Origin: Candidatus Cloacimonadales bacterium
GTDB lineage: Bacteria; Cloacimonadota; Cloacimonadia; Cloacimonadales; JAFGVF01
Assembly (NCBI GenBank): GCA_963663475.2
Contig: CAXXJV010000001.1
Coordinates: 768,001 to 832,000 of the forward strand
Direction: 5' to 3'
Length of the DNA stretch: 64,000 nt
Shown: positions 50,234-60,780 of the stretch, piece after piece
How positions within the stretch are numbered: the first letter of the stretch is position 1
Layout: every line of letters begins with the position of its first letter
The notes under the pieces: generated by a model
Told to the model about the DNA's origin: nothing
Seen by the model: the letters and a program-made list of their open reading frames with translations, nothing else
Databases searched by the model: none
Made by a program: the position numbers and the translations under genes

Positions 50234-51838
50234 TTAAGCTCTTGCAAGGTAATGAAAGTTCTCTACTAGAAAAGCAATAATTTCGATACCTAGCAAATTT
50301 AATTGAACAACTTTCTTCTTTTTAAGCCATTTGAGGTGGTTAGCAGAATTAGTTAAATTAAGGTCATATAAGAGAGAAATTGTAGAGTTAATTTTTGGAA
50401 AAGCATCTTCAATATTTTTAGAAAGATAATCTGGAGATTGTAAAAGTACGGACTGTATAATTTGATACATTGATGTATTTGGTCTTCTGAAAATTCTATT
50501 AAGATTATTTTTATCTAGTTTGAGAAGTCTATTTTTCCATTTACTTGCCTTAACTTTTCTTTGCAGGAGCTGATTAGTAAATTTAGGATTAGTGGAAGGT
50601 ATATCTTTTAAATAGGACTCATTTCCAGTAAAAATATTAGAAATAATTGCTTCCATAAAGATTTTTTGTTCAGCTCTTTGCTGTCTACAAGTATTATTTA
50701 GGAATTCCATAATTCTTCTATCAAAAAGAGGCATGAAAACTTCAATATTGTTAAAACGGTAATTATTAGAAGTATTAATAATATACTTATGTTGCCTATT
50801 TTCGATATTCCACCTGTCATAATTACTATCATAAGCTTGATCTTTAAAGTGAGACATGGAAGACTTAATATTAGCAAGTAGGATATCTTTAAATTTTGGT
50901 GAAGATATAAGGCTTTGATTACATTGAGAATGAATTATCTTGTTGATTAATTGCTCTTGATTTTTAATAGGGAGTGAATCTTGATAGGGTGGTCTTAACC
51001 AAAAACTAGTAAAGCCAGTGGTAAGCCACTGCGTAGATCCTTTAAGAGAATTACTTACCAGCCAGTCACTTTCAAAAGGTAATGATCTAGCTAAGAAACC
51101 ACTATCTAAGAAGTTTTTAAGTTTACTCCCCGTAAAATAAGGAGCTAGATTCATTCTATCAAAATAAAACATTTGGTGTTTAATCTGAGATTGGTCAGCT
51201 ATTTGATTTACTATTTTAGTATCTGGATTATCTTGGCTACCATAAGTGAGACTTGAGAAGGAAGTTTTATTCTTTCTAAAAAGTGAAAGAATGAGACGGG
51301 AGTCGATACCACCTGTCAAAGCTAGAATACTTGTTGAGAAATTCTTGGGTATTAGGCTAAGAAAGATATCTGACAAATCGCTTTTATCTCTTACCTTGCT
51401 ACTTTGTAAGTCAATAGAAAACCATTCTTGTCTCGTGATATTCTTCTGGATAGAGTCATAGGTATAGAGATTACCTGGCAGGCATTCCTTGATATCGGAG
51501 TAGATTGTTTTATCTCCATAACAAAAGCCAGAAGCAAGCAAACAAAGAATATTTTCATCACTTAGTTTAGAAAGTTTACCTTCTTTAGAAGGGGCTAAAA
51601 GGAGTTCAAAGTTAGGAAGATCTCTATAAAATAAGGAATAACCACCAAAATGGTCAATACCAAAATAGGTTTTTGATTCTGAATTTATAGCAAATCTAAA
51701 AGAACCATTTAAGTCAGATATAACCTGATAAGGATTGCTATCTTGCAATAAAAGCTCAAGCTTAGCACTTGCAGCTTGATCTTTAAAGATCAGATTATCT
51801 ATAATAAAATATCCAGTAAAAAACTTAACTTTATACAA
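50234..51838 (-). CDS. Asparagine synthetase-related protein (degenerate Ntn domain plus adenine-nucleotide alpha-hydrolase domain)
   Basis: DHFGGYSLFY, TIYSDIKECLPG, LALTGGIDSR, MPLFD. Confidence 0.75.
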   Translation of the reverse strand: MYKVKFFTGYFIIDNLIFKDQAASAKLELLLQDSNPYQVISDLNGSFRFAINSESKTYFGIDHFGGYSLFYRDLPNFELLLAPSKEGKLSKLSDENILCLLASGFCYGDKTIYSDIKECLPGNLYTYDSIQKNITRQEWFSIDLQSSKVRDKSDLSDIFLSLIPKNFSTSILALTGGIDSRLILSLFRKNKTSFSSLTYGSQDNPDTKIVNQIADQSQIKHQMFYFDRMNLAPYFTGSKLKNFLDSGFLARSLPFESDWLVSNSLKGSTQWLTTGFTSFWLRPPYQDSLPIKNQEQLINKIIHSQCNQSLISSPKFKDILLANIKSSMSHFKDQAYDSNYDRWNIENRQHKYIINTSNNYRFNNIEVFMPLFDRRIMEFLNNTCRQQRAEQKIFMEAIISNIFTGNESYLKDIPSTNPKFTNQLLQRKVKASKWKNRLLKLDKNNLNRIFRRPNTSMYQIIQSVLLQSPDYLSKNIEDAFPKINSTISLLYDLNLTNSANHLKWLKKKKVVQLNLLGIEIIAFLVENFHYLARA

Positions 51839-51966
51839 TATTTATCTCCTTGATGAGTAGATAAAAATCTTATAAAAATATGGCAAGAAAAATATCAGAT
51901 AATTTATTTATTGACGATTGAAAGATAAGATGATAAGTTCGTTTCAAATTAAATTGAGGAGCTATA

Positions 51967-53631
51967 ATGCGGAAATACTATCTTATTCTTCTTTTTTTTG
52001 GAACCATTGGTTTACTCATAGGTAAATCATATTATGTAAAGGATTTTATTAGCAATATAGATGTTAATCTAGATGGCAGTCTTAATATTGAAGAAAGTAT
52101 GTCTTATCAATTTGATGGAGGTCCTTTTCGCTGGGTTAATAGAGATGTTAGGTCTCCTCGGAAAGGTTTTATTCTTTTAGAGGAAGCCTTGATTGATGGG
52201 AAGCTCTTAAAGATGGGGAGTGGGCCAGGAACTATTTCCTTAAAAAAATCAGACCACCTAAAAGTTAAATTTAATTTAGCTAATATCTCAGATCAGTTAG
52301 TAAAATTTACCTTGAAATATAAAGTCTATAATGCCCTTGTTACTAAAGGAGAAAAAGCAGTTTTGGCTTGGACTCCTCTACCTGATAGATACAAGTTCCA
52401 GATAAAAAAAGGGAAAGTAATTCTTAACTTCCCAGACCAAATACCTGTAAGCAAGATAGTTAATTTCTTGGAGGAAGTTGATGGTGTTACATATAAAGAA
52501 GAAGGAAATAGTCTTATTTGCTCATTTAAGAATCTCTCAGGTGAATCATTTGAGATTGAATCTAACCTACCCTTAGATGAGATGCAACTCATAACTTATC
52601 CTTCTCCCCAAAAGAGTTCATCTCTAGAAGATAGCTATCCTAATTATAGCTCTTATATAAGCTTATATAAGTTTTTAATCTTAGGCTTAATTCTATTTTT
52701 AATATATGTGATTTTTGTTTTGATAATCCGCTATGATAAGCAAATCAAAAAATTACCTAAAGTAACTAAACTTCCTTCTCACAAGCATCCTTCTTTGGTA
52801 GCAAGACTCTTACAAGTTGGGTCTGACGACTTGAATTTAATCCCTGTTTTGATGCATATGGCGATTAAACAACTTATAGTTTTTACCCAAATGACCAATA
52901 AAAAGGGGAAAACAATCAAGGACTACTATGTCGATATAGCTAGTGACTTAACTAAGGCTGATGATTTTGATCTAGCTTACCTTGATTTGTTGAAGAAGCA
53001 TGAAGAAAGAAAGAAGAAAAGAATAGAACTAAAATCTCTGGTAACTAATTCCTATAAATACAAGAAGGATGTTTTAAAAGTAATAAATCAGAAATTTGAT
53101 GAGACTGGTTTTGTTGATATTCAAAAGAAAAAGAAATATTATCAAAAAGTTATCTTCTTCTTTATTCTTTTAATAATAGGAGTTGTTGCTTCTATCTTAG
53201 GGGCTATCTTCTTTACTAAAGGTTTTGCCTTAGCACCAATACCTGCTTTTATTATCATGTCCTACTGGGTTTATATGATGCTACACTTAGATGATAAGGT
53301 AATTCTTAGTTCTCTTGGCTACAGTAAATGGAAAGAATGGAAAGCCTTCCGAAATTATATAAGTAAAGCTCTAAGAAATAAGGCTGATGATTTAGATCCT
53401 AATGATTCTGAACTTGTCTTTCCTTATATACTCATAATGGGTTATGGTCAGCAATATTTACGTTATTTTAAAAAGAAAAATATTGAACTTAACTTCCCTA
53501 ATCTAGGTGAAATTGCCGATGATATTGAATCCTTAAATACTCTGATAACAGTAGTAGTTGTAACTTCTGCAACAAGCGGTGGAGGTGGTGCTACTAGTGG
53601 TGGCGGAGGTGGTGGAGTTAGTGCTGGTTAG
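51967..53631 (+). CDS. DUF2207 membrane protein
   Basis: IDVNLDGSLNIEE, WKAFRNYI, PYILIMG, Gly/Ser-rich tail GGGGATSGGGGGG. Confidence 0.85.
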   Translation: MRKYYLILLFFGTIGLLIGKSYYVKDFISNIDVNLDGSLNIEESMSYQFDGGPFRWVNRDVRSPRKGFILLEEALIDGKLLKMGSGPGTISLKKSDHLKVKFNLANISDQLVKFTLKYKVYNALVTKGEKAVLAWTPLPDRYKFQIKKGKVILNFPDQIPVSKIVNFLEEVDGVTYKEEGNSLICSFKNLSGESFEIESNLPLDEMQLITYPSPQKSSSLEDSYPNYSSYISLYKFLILGLILFLIYVIFVLIIRYDKQIKKLPKVTKLPSHKHPSLVARLLQVGSDDLNLIPVLMHMAIKQLIVFTQMTNKKGKTIKDYYVDIASDLTKADDFDLAYLDLLKKHEERKKKRIELKSLVTNSYKYKKDVLKVINQKFDETGFVDIQKKKKYYQKVIFFFILLIIGVVASILGAIFFTKGFALAPIPAFIIMSYWVYMMLHLDDKVILSSLGYSKWKEWKAFRNYISKALRNKADDLDPNDSELVFPYILIMGYGQQYLRYFKKKNIELNFPNLGEIADDIESLNTLITVVVVTSATSGGGGATSGGGGGGVSAG

Positions 53632-53635
53632 TTTA

Positions 53636-53798
53636 TCCTAAATAATGCAGTAGAGCTTTGTGAATAGCACTATATTCTTCTGCAAAAGTAACTTCCATAA
53701 TTTCTCCGAATATATAAATTATATGCGTCAAAATTCTGTAAGCTATTTTGCTAGAATAATCTGCACTCTTCACTAAAGCTCTACTACACTATCTAGGT
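53636..53798. mobile_element. Full-length (163-bp) MITE
   Basis: tta|TCCTAAATAATGCAG...CTATCTAGGT|tta; interior almost identical to the 43416 copy. Confidence 0.88.
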
Positions 53799-53827
53799 TT
53801 ATAAAAAATAATCATAATGGAGGAAAC

Positions 53828-54952
53828 ATGAAATCTATAATAATAGTAATTTTATTAGTAGTCTTTTCATCTGCTTTTGCTCAGTCTTACAGTGATCATA
53901 TGAGTGATTTTGAAAAATATAAACAAGAACAAAATCAACAAGAGGAAAACTATTATAAGTTTGCTCAGAACTTTAAGGCTTATCAGGATGAACACTTTAT
54001 AAAATATGAATCCTATATTGAAGATATTTGGGGAGACTTTAAAGAATCATCACCTAAAACTTGGGTAGGATATTCAGAAGATTTTTCAGGTAGAACATCA
54101 GTAGATTTTGATTCATCAAAGGTTGTGGTCGAAGTAGTGGTTGATGCCGATTCTGATGATGCGGAAGTTAAACAGAAATTAGAAGCTCTAACCAAGAAAA
54201 TATTAGAAGAAAAAGACGAGACTGGTACAAGAATTCTAGAAGGTCAAGTAGCTTCTCCAAAGGATTCCAATAAGGCAATATCTCCTTCTGATGCTAAAGA
54301 GGTTGTTGAACAAGCTAAGATTGTGGAAAAAGAAATTAATGGTAAGAAAGTATATTCAATTAATCTTGATTTAGTATCTGATAGCGATAAGAAAAGAATA
54401 GCCAAATATGAAGACTTGATTTCTAAATATTGTAAAGAGGCTGGTATTGAACCTGCTTTAGCTTTGGCTATTATTAAAACAGAATCTTGCTTCAATCCTA
54501 GAGCTTATAATAGAAGTGGTAATGCTTATGGAATGATGCAAATTGTGCCCAAATATGCTGGAAGAACAATGAACAGAATCCTTTACAAAAAGGACAAAGA
54601 ACCTGGAAGTAAAACTTTATTTGATCCTGAAAAGAACTTACGTATGGGGATTAATTTCTTAGGTCATTTAAAATCAACTTCTTGGAAAAAGATAAAGAAT
54701 GAAGTAAATCAAAGATATTGTGTAATATGTAGTTATAATGGTGGTTCTGGTGCTATTTATATTGCTCTTGCAGGTAAAACAAGTAAAATTCCCCAAGAGA
54801 AATGGGATGCTATGATGGACTTGCTTAACTCTGATAATAATAAGAAGGTCTATAATTTACTTCATACAAAATCTTGGGAAGAAACCCGCCACTATATTAA
54901 AGTGGTAGAAGAGAGATATAAACAGTATCTAGCCTATAATGAGAAATTATAG
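53828..54952 (+). CDS. Lytic murein transglycosylase, MltC-like (DUF3393 plus SLT)
   Basis: Signal peptide; RTSVDFD; IIKTESCFNP, AYGMMQIVP, SYNGG, ETRHY. Confidence 0.85.
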   Translation: MKSIIIVILLVVFSSAFAQSYSDHMSDFEKYKQEQNQQEENYYKFAQNFKAYQDEHFIKYESYIEDIWGDFKESSPKTWVGYSEDFSGRTSVDFDSSKVVVEVVVDADSDDAEVKQKLEALTKKILEEKDETGTRILEGQVASPKDSNKAISPSDAKEVVEQAKIVEKEINGKKVYSINLDLVSDSDKKRIAKYEDLISKYCKEAGIEPALALAIIKTESCFNPRAYNRSGNAYGMMQIVPKYAGRTMNRILYKKDKEPGSKTLFDPEKNLRMGINFLGHLKSTSWKKIKNEVNQRYCVICSYNGGSGAIYIALAGKTSKIPQEKWDAMMDLLNSDNNKKVYNLLHTKSWEETRHYIKVVEERYKQYLAYNEKL

Positions 54953-55050
54953 ATAATTGGGTCTTTTTATGGATTAGTATTTGCATAAAAATACAATTAA
55001 CATATTATTTTTAGTGATGTGAAAATATTATCTAATTTAGAGGAGCTTAA

Positions 55051-56766
55051 ATGGATGTGATTAAAAAAACAACATTGTTATTGTTACTACTTTTTTCAGT
55101 AGTTGGATTACTATCTGCTCAAGAGGCAGAAGTAACACTTAATTTAGAACAGAATGGTGATACAGGGCTAATTACAGCAACTTTTATCATACCGGAAGGT
55201 CTTCATCAAAGTTATGAAATTGATGATGAATTTGCCCAGTTTTATCTTTACTCTGAAAGTCCAGGTCTGGAGTTTGGAGATGTAGTTTATCCTCAAATTC
55301 AAGGAAAAGAATCTGGAGAAATAATTGAATATCATGGCACTGTATCCCTTACTTTACCTTTTGTAATCAAGGATGCTAGCGTAAAAGAGATAGATGTGGA
55401 GTATTCATACCAATTATGCCTAGATTCAGGTGCTTGCTTAAGACCAGTATCTGCCAATGAAAGCTTAGCACTTGATAGTAGTCTTATAGGTCAAGAGACC
55501 AAGGAAGAAGCTGGGACTAATCAAGAAGAGCAAGCTTCAGGTTCAAAAGTTCTTTACTTTATTGTACTAGCTTTTCTCGGTGGTGTTTTACTCAATGTAA
55601 TGCCATGTGTGTTACCAGTTCTTTCAATAAGAGCAATGAGTCTTGTTCGTCAAAGCCAAGATAATAAATCAAACATCTTGAAAGGTTCCCTTGCTTATAC
55701 TTTTGGTATTGTAATTTCATTTATAATTTTAGCAACGCTAGTTGTGGTAATAAAATCTACTGGTGAATCTCTATCATGGGGATTTCAATTCCAGAACCCA
55801 TGGTTTGTCTTTGGTCTAATAGTAGCCATCTGGGTTTTCACTTTATCATTATATGAAGTATTCCAGTTACGAGTACCAGGAATGAATATGGCTACTCAGG
55901 CCTCTAATAAGGGAGGGATAACTGGTTCCTTCTTCTCAGGCATTTTTGCTGTTCTTTTGGCAACACCATGTACAGCACCACTACTAGCTCCAGCTATTGG
56001 TTTTGCCTTCCAGCAACCACCAGCAATAATATTTATATCCTTCATTATGATAGGATTAGGTCTTGCTTTCCCATTTATTCTCTTAGGCTTTGCTCCTAAA
56101 GCAATTAAATTAATTCCTAAACCAGGTGATTGGATGACTACCTTTAAAGAGATTATGGGTTTCTTACTCTTTGGTACAGCTCTTTATCTCTTATACACTC
56201 TACATTACCTTGTAAGTGGAATGGCCTTCTTAAATACTTTAACCTTCTTATTAGTTTTAAGTTTTGCTAGTTGGATATATGGAAGATTTGCAGGTCCAAT
56301 GAGTTCTCTTACCAAGCAGTGGATTTGGACTATTATTGCCTTAGCTTTAATTTTTGGCTCAGCTCATTACTTACTTGATTATTCTCCAGATACAAGTCTT
56401 GTTAGTGAAGAGAATCATAATCCTCCAACAGCTCAATGGCAAAAGTTTACTGAAGAGAATCTTGCTAAGTATAGGCAAGATAACAAGGCAGTTTTTGTAG
56501 CTTTTGGGGCAAAATGGTGTACTTCTTGTAAGGTAAATGAAGCAAATGTTTTTAAGAAAGATGAAATTAAAGACTTCTTTGATGAAAAGGATGTAGTGTT
56601 ACTTTATGGCGATAATACAAGAAAGAATGAACTTGTTGAGAAATGGCTAGCTAAGTATCAGAGAGCTGGGGTTCCTTTCTATATTTACTTTGCTCCTGGA
56701 GCTGATCAAGGAGTAGTTCTTCCTGAGCTTATTTCTCCTTCTACAATAACTGATTTAATTAAATAG
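55051..56766 (+). CDS. dsbD: Thiol:disulfide interchange protein, DsbD family
   Basis: N-domain QLCLDSGAC, TM domain NVMPCVLPV and ATPCTAP, thioredoxin WCTSC. Confidence 0.92.
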   Translation: MDVIKKTTLLLLLLFSVVGLLSAQEAEVTLNLEQNGDTGLITATFIIPEGLHQSYEIDDEFAQFYLYSESPGLEFGDVVYPQIQGKESGEIIEYHGTVSLTLPFVIKDASVKEIDVEYSYQLCLDSGACLRPVSANESLALDSSLIGQETKEEAGTNQEEQASGSKVLYFIVLAFLGGVLLNVMPCVLPVLSIRAMSLVRQSQDNKSNILKGSLAYTFGIVISFIILATLVVVIKSTGESLSWGFQFQNPWFVFGLIVAIWVFTLSLYEVFQLRVPGMNMATQASNKGGITGSFFSGIFAVLLATPCTAPLLAPAIGFAFQQPPAIIFISFIMIGLGLAFPFILLGFAPKAIKLIPKPGDWMTTFKEIMGFLLFGTALYLLYTLHYLVSGMAFLNTLTFLLVLSFASWIYGRFAGPMSSLTKQWIWTIIALALIFGSAHYLLDYSPDTSLVSEENHNPPTAQWQKFTEENLAKYRQDNKAVFVAFGAKWCTSCKVNEANVFKKDEIKDFFDEKDVVLLYGDNTRKNELVEKWLAKYQRAGVPFYIYFAPGADQGVVLPELISPSTITDLIK

Positions 56767-56775
56767 AGGATAAGC

Positions 56776-57876
56776 ATGAATAGAAAGATAACTTTAATAA
56801 TTCTGGTGATTATTTCTCTTTTAGCTATTCTAGCTTGTGATAGATTTGATAAACCAACAGCTAATGATGAAGAAACTCCAGATTATCAAACTATTGTTAA
56901 TGAATTTTTTAATAATTTTCAAGTAGTAGCTGATACTATTTCAGCAGATAATGTTGAGTATTTTATGGAGTTTTTCCATCCAGAATACTTGTATAATGGC
57001 CTAACTAAAGCTGATATTCAAGATATGATAAATTCTATCTTCATGGTTAATGAACCTCGTTTCATTCAAGTTATTATGATTGATCATAATCAACTAAATG
57101 TGGAATGGAAAATAAGAGTGACTACTCTTAATGATGTATTTGTAGAAGAACATATCTTTGCAGATGTAATGTTAAAAGATGGGGATAACTATTATCTTTA
57201 TGGAAATCAAGTTGAACCTGTGGAAGAAGATAAGTTAATGGTTTTTGCTGAAATAATGACTGCTACTTGGTGTGGAACTTGTCCTCAAGTAGAAGAAGCA
57301 ATGCATGAATATCAAACAAGCAATCCTCAGCAATTTTTCTATCTTGAATACCATGTTATGGACTCAATTGCTGGAGAACATGATTTCTTTGACAACTTCT
57401 ATGGTTTCACAAATCCTCCAGTAGCAGTTATTCAGGGAGTAGATAGTTTTATTGGTGATCAAAGCTCTACTTATCCAGCTATTTTAGATAATTATAAGGA
57501 CATGGATGCCCAACTCAAACTTAGTAACTTAAGTCAGGTTGCGGGTAGTGAAAACTATCAAGCTTCGCTAGATATAGAAAAATTAACTAGCCAAGACTTT
57601 GATACTTCAAATCTAAAATTAAGATGGGCCTTTTATGAAGAGGTCTCACCTGTTAATAATTATGAAGGCCAGCCTTGCCGTCATGTAGTCTTAACAGAAG
57701 GCTATTTTGATATTACTAGCGAAGATTTAAATACTAGTTTTTCAATAAATTTAGACTATCCTCGTGAAATTCCAGACGATTTAGGTATTGTTTTCTGGTT
57801 ACAAACAGCTAATGATAGTCATGATGATAACTCATTTATTCATGCATGGATTAAAGAAGATTTAGGGAGTAAATAA
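56776..57876 (+). CDS. Lipoprotein with Omp28-like thioredoxin domain
   Basis: Lipobox ILAC; EIMTATWCGTCP, LEYH. Confidence 0.7.
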   Translation: MNRKITLIILVIISLLAILACDRFDKPTANDEETPDYQTIVNEFFNNFQVVADTISADNVEYFMEFFHPEYLYNGLTKADIQDMINSIFMVNEPRFIQVIMIDHNQLNVEWKIRVTTLNDVFVEEHIFADVMLKDGDNYYLYGNQVEPVEEDKLMVFAEIMTATWCGTCPQVEEAMHEYQTSNPQQFFYLEYHVMDSIAGEHDFFDNFYGFTNPPVAVIQGVDSFIGDQSSTYPAILDNYKDMDAQLKLSNLSQVAGSENYQASLDIEKLTSQDFDTSNLKLRWAFYEEVSPVNNYEGQPCRHVVLTEGYFDITSEDLNTSFSINLDYPREIPDDLGIVFWLQTANDSHDDNSFIHAWIKEDLGSK

Positions 57877-58391
57877 TGAAAAAGAATAAAGTTATATTAA
57901 TTGTTGTTTTAGTTTTGATGACATTATCTTTAGTAGCAGAGAAACCTTTTACTAGTTTCAAATTAGAAGATGAAAAGGGCGGTGTTTTTCAGTTAAAGGA
58001 TTTCACTGGTAAAGGACTTATTGTAGTTGATTTCTGGGCAAGTTATTGCGACCCATGTAAAAAAGCACTTCCTCACATGGAAGAACTTCATGTTAATAAC
58101 GATAATGTACAAGTAATTGCTATCAATATTGATAACCCTAGATTAAAAAGAAAAGCAATGGCTTATATTAAATCAAAGAAATTCACCTTTACTACTCTCT
58201 ATGATTCTGATGCAAAGGTTGCTGATAAAATGAGAGTAACTGAAATACCTTATACCTTCTTGTTAGATAATCAAGGTAATATTCTCTTTGAATTTTCTTC
58301 AGGAAAAGCTGATGCTCATGAAGTTTTACAAACTCAAATAGATAAGGCTTTAAATGCAGTTTATCACCAAGATATTGAGGTTAAAGAATAA
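57876..58391 (+). CDS. TlpA family thiol-disulfide reductase
   Basis: VDFWASYCDPCKK, IPYTFLLD. Confidence 0.9.
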   Translation: MKKNKVILIVVLVLMTLSLVAEKPFTSFKLEDEKGGVFQLKDFTGKGLIVVDFWASYCDPCKKALPHMEELHVNNDNVQVIAINIDNPRLKRKAMAYIKSKKFTFTTLYDSDAKVADKMRVTEIPYTFLLDNQGNILFEFSSGKADAHEVLQTQIDKALNAVYHQDIEVKE

Positions 58392-58393
58392 CT

Positions 58394-59821
58394 ATGACTA
58401 AGAAGATAATTACTTTATTTATATTAGTTGCTAGTTTTACTCTTATTAGTGCTGATATTTATATCTCTGGGTTTAATCAAGCTGAGTTTATTCACAGAAG
58501 TGCAGAAGATTCACTAAAGAATTATTTCGAAAATGAATTGGGACTTCTTGTGGATTATAATAAGCTTTCTTTTGGTATAACTTTTAACGCCTACTTACCT
58601 AAGTATGATGATGAAGCACCTTTACAAGATCTTAGATCACGTGATATTTCTTATGAATGGGATGAGAGATATCTAACTTATTCAGGCGATTATATCGGAC
58701 TTAAAGTTGGTACTCTTTCTGAATCTTTTGGAACAGGTATGACCTTTAGAGCTTATGAAGATGAAGATTTAAATCATGATAATAGACTTGAGGGGGCAAT
58801 GACCTCTTTTAATTATGGAGCATTTAAATCAAAAGCAATTTATGGTGTAACCCCTGTAGCAGAAGTAGAAGATAAAGATGATTCTTTTGCTGGTCTAGAA
58901 ATGAGTCTCTCTAATAATTATCTTACTTTTGGAGCTTCAGCTCTTCAGATAAGAGAAAGAATTACTGACACAAATTATTCTGATAGACAAGTCTTTAGCA
59001 GTAATCTGAATATCTACTTAGATTTCATGGATATCTATGGAGAATATGCCTATTCAGAACTAGAAACTAATATTATGACTTATGGCCATGGTATCTATGC
59101 TAATTCTAATTTCTATTTAGGTGATATTACCTTCTCAGCTTTCTATAAAAAGTTCGAAAACTTTAACTATGACCTTAATGATCTTCCTACTCTTAATCAT
59201 GCAGACGATGTATTAGATGACTACATAGAAGTGGGATTAGATGAAGAAGGAGCAATGGGGGAATTAACTTGGGATAATTCTTTTGCTAAGCTATTTACCT
59301 CCTATGCTGAAGCTTGGTCAAGTGATTATAACTATAGATTGTCTAATGGCTATGTTGAAACATCAAAGTATCTAGGGGATAAACTTTTAACTATAAGTTA
59401 TGAACATTTTGAAAGAAAGAATAAAGATGGTCAATCTTGGTCAAAAGAACTTACTCCTACTGCCTCGATTGATATTCCATTAGAAAATAATCTTAGCCTA
59501 TATTTAAAAGGCCACTATACCCTTGTAAATGAAGTTCATCTTGGTCAAGAGAAAGACTTTGTTGAACCATTACTACAAACAGATTTTATGTATAAGAATT
59601 ATGCCTTATCTCTAGTAACTGAAGCTCAAATGGAAGATTTATCTTCTATCTCAGATGCTGATTTCTGGTTAGGAGCTACTCTTTCAGCAGCCATTGTAGA
59701 TAATACTAGTATAAATCTATTTGTGGGAAAACAAAAAGGCGGTAAGCTCTGCCAAAATGGTACTTGTAAATATGTAATGCCATTTGAAGGTCTTAAGTTT
59801 GAAATTACTACCAAATTCTAA
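58394..59821 (+). CDS. DUF6029-like outer-membrane beta-barrel protein
   Basis: Signal peptide; ESFGTGMTFRAYED; C-terminal GGKLCQNGTCKYVMPFEG...F. Confidence 0.75.
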   Translation: MTKKIITLFILVASFTLISADIYISGFNQAEFIHRSAEDSLKNYFENELGLLVDYNKLSFGITFNAYLPKYDDEAPLQDLRSRDISYEWDERYLTYSGDYIGLKVGTLSESFGTGMTFRAYEDEDLNHDNRLEGAMTSFNYGAFKSKAIYGVTPVAEVEDKDDSFAGLEMSLSNNYLTFGASALQIRERITDTNYSDRQVFSSNLNIYLDFMDIYGEYAYSELETNIMTYGHGIYANSNFYLGDITFSAFYKKFENFNYDLNDLPTLNHADDVLDDYIEVGLDEEGAMGELTWDNSFAKLFTSYAEAWSSDYNYRLSNGYVETSKYLGDKLLTISYEHFERKNKDGQSWSKELTPTASIDIPLENNLSLYLKGHYTLVNEVHLGQEKDFVEPLLQTDFMYKNYALSLVTEAQMEDLSSISDADFWLGATLSAAIVDNTSINLFVGKQKGGKLCQNGTCKYVMPFEGLKFEITTKF

Positions 59822-59826
59822 GGAGA

Positions 59827-60573
59827 ATGAAGATGAAAAAAATTATATTTTTTGTGTTATTATTAGGCGTTTTTAGTTTATATGCAGACTTGCTAATTGA
59901 TATTGAGTTTGATACAGACGTAGTTGGAGAAACAGGTACAGAACCTTATACTTCAGAATATTTTCATATAACCAACAATGGTGATACCGCTGAATATACT
60001 ATTGGCTTGAATATGATTGCTTATCCTGAAGGCTGGTTTTTAACCTGGTGCCATGAAGACCTTAGTGATGTTGGTCTCTTTGAAGGTTGTCATCATTATA
60101 CACAGCCATGGACTTTTACTCTCCCAGCTGATGCAGTTTTAGCTGCTGATTTCCAAGTTAATAATATGGGTGGAAATGAAGGAATGATTGTTTTTGAGTA
60201 CATAATATCTGGAGGAGATTTAACAGAGGATATTATTCTTCCTTTTACATTCAGAACTGTAAATTATGTATCTAATGATAATAATGATGTTGTCCCTAAT
60301 GTTACTAGTTTAGGAAACTATCCTAACCCTTTCAACCCTGAGACAAGAATAACTTATACTTTGACAAAGAGTTCTAATGTTAAATTAGATATCTATAATA
60401 TCTTAGGACAACATGTGAGAAGTCTAGTAAACGATTATAAAGCTGCTGGAAATCATAGTATTGTTTGGAATGGTAAAGATAAAAACAATAATGATTTAAG
60501 CTCAGGTTATTACCTTTACAAGCTTAGTGATGGTCTTGAAACTAAAACTAATAAAATGATTCTTTTAAAATAA
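59827..60573 (+). CDS. Secreted protein with C-terminal FlgD-Ig sorting domain
   Basis: Signal peptide; WC...GC cysteine pair; GNYPNPFNPET...KMILLK. Confidence 0.8.
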   Translation: MKMKKIIFFVLLLGVFSLYADLLIDIEFDTDVVGETGTEPYTSEYFHITNNGDTAEYTIGLNMIAYPEGWFLTWCHEDLSDVGLFEGCHHYTQPWTFTLPADAVLAADFQVNNMGGNEGMIVFEYIISGGDLTEDIILPFTFRTVNYVSNDNNDVVPNVTSLGNYPNPFNPETRITYTLTKSSNVKLDIYNILGQHVRSLVNDYKAAGNHSIVWNGKDKNNNDLSSGYYLYKLSDGLETKTNKMILLK

Positions 60574-60590
60574 AAAGTAAATGATCTTTG

Positions 60591-60620
60591 ATAAGCCCGG
60601 CTTTGCTGGGCTTATTTATT
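60591..60620 (+). terminator. Intrinsic terminator
   Basis: ATAAGCCCGGC-TTT-GCTGGGCTTAT-TTATT. Confidence 0.7.
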
Positions 60621-60624
60621 ATTA

Positions 60625-60719
60625 ACCCGAATGGTCCAGTAGAACTTTGATGAAGAGTGCTAGATTCTTTTGCAAAAGAAGATTCTGCTATTCGCAAAGG
60701 TCTAATGCATTATTTGGGA
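60625..60719. mobile_element. MITE short subfamily copy (reverse orientation)
   Basis: tta|ACCCGAATGG...TATTTGGGA|tta. Confidence 0.8.
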
Positions 60720-60780
60720 TTAACTATTGACATAAAATACTTCAATTATAAGATAGTAAAAAGATTTTCAGGAGATTTAT

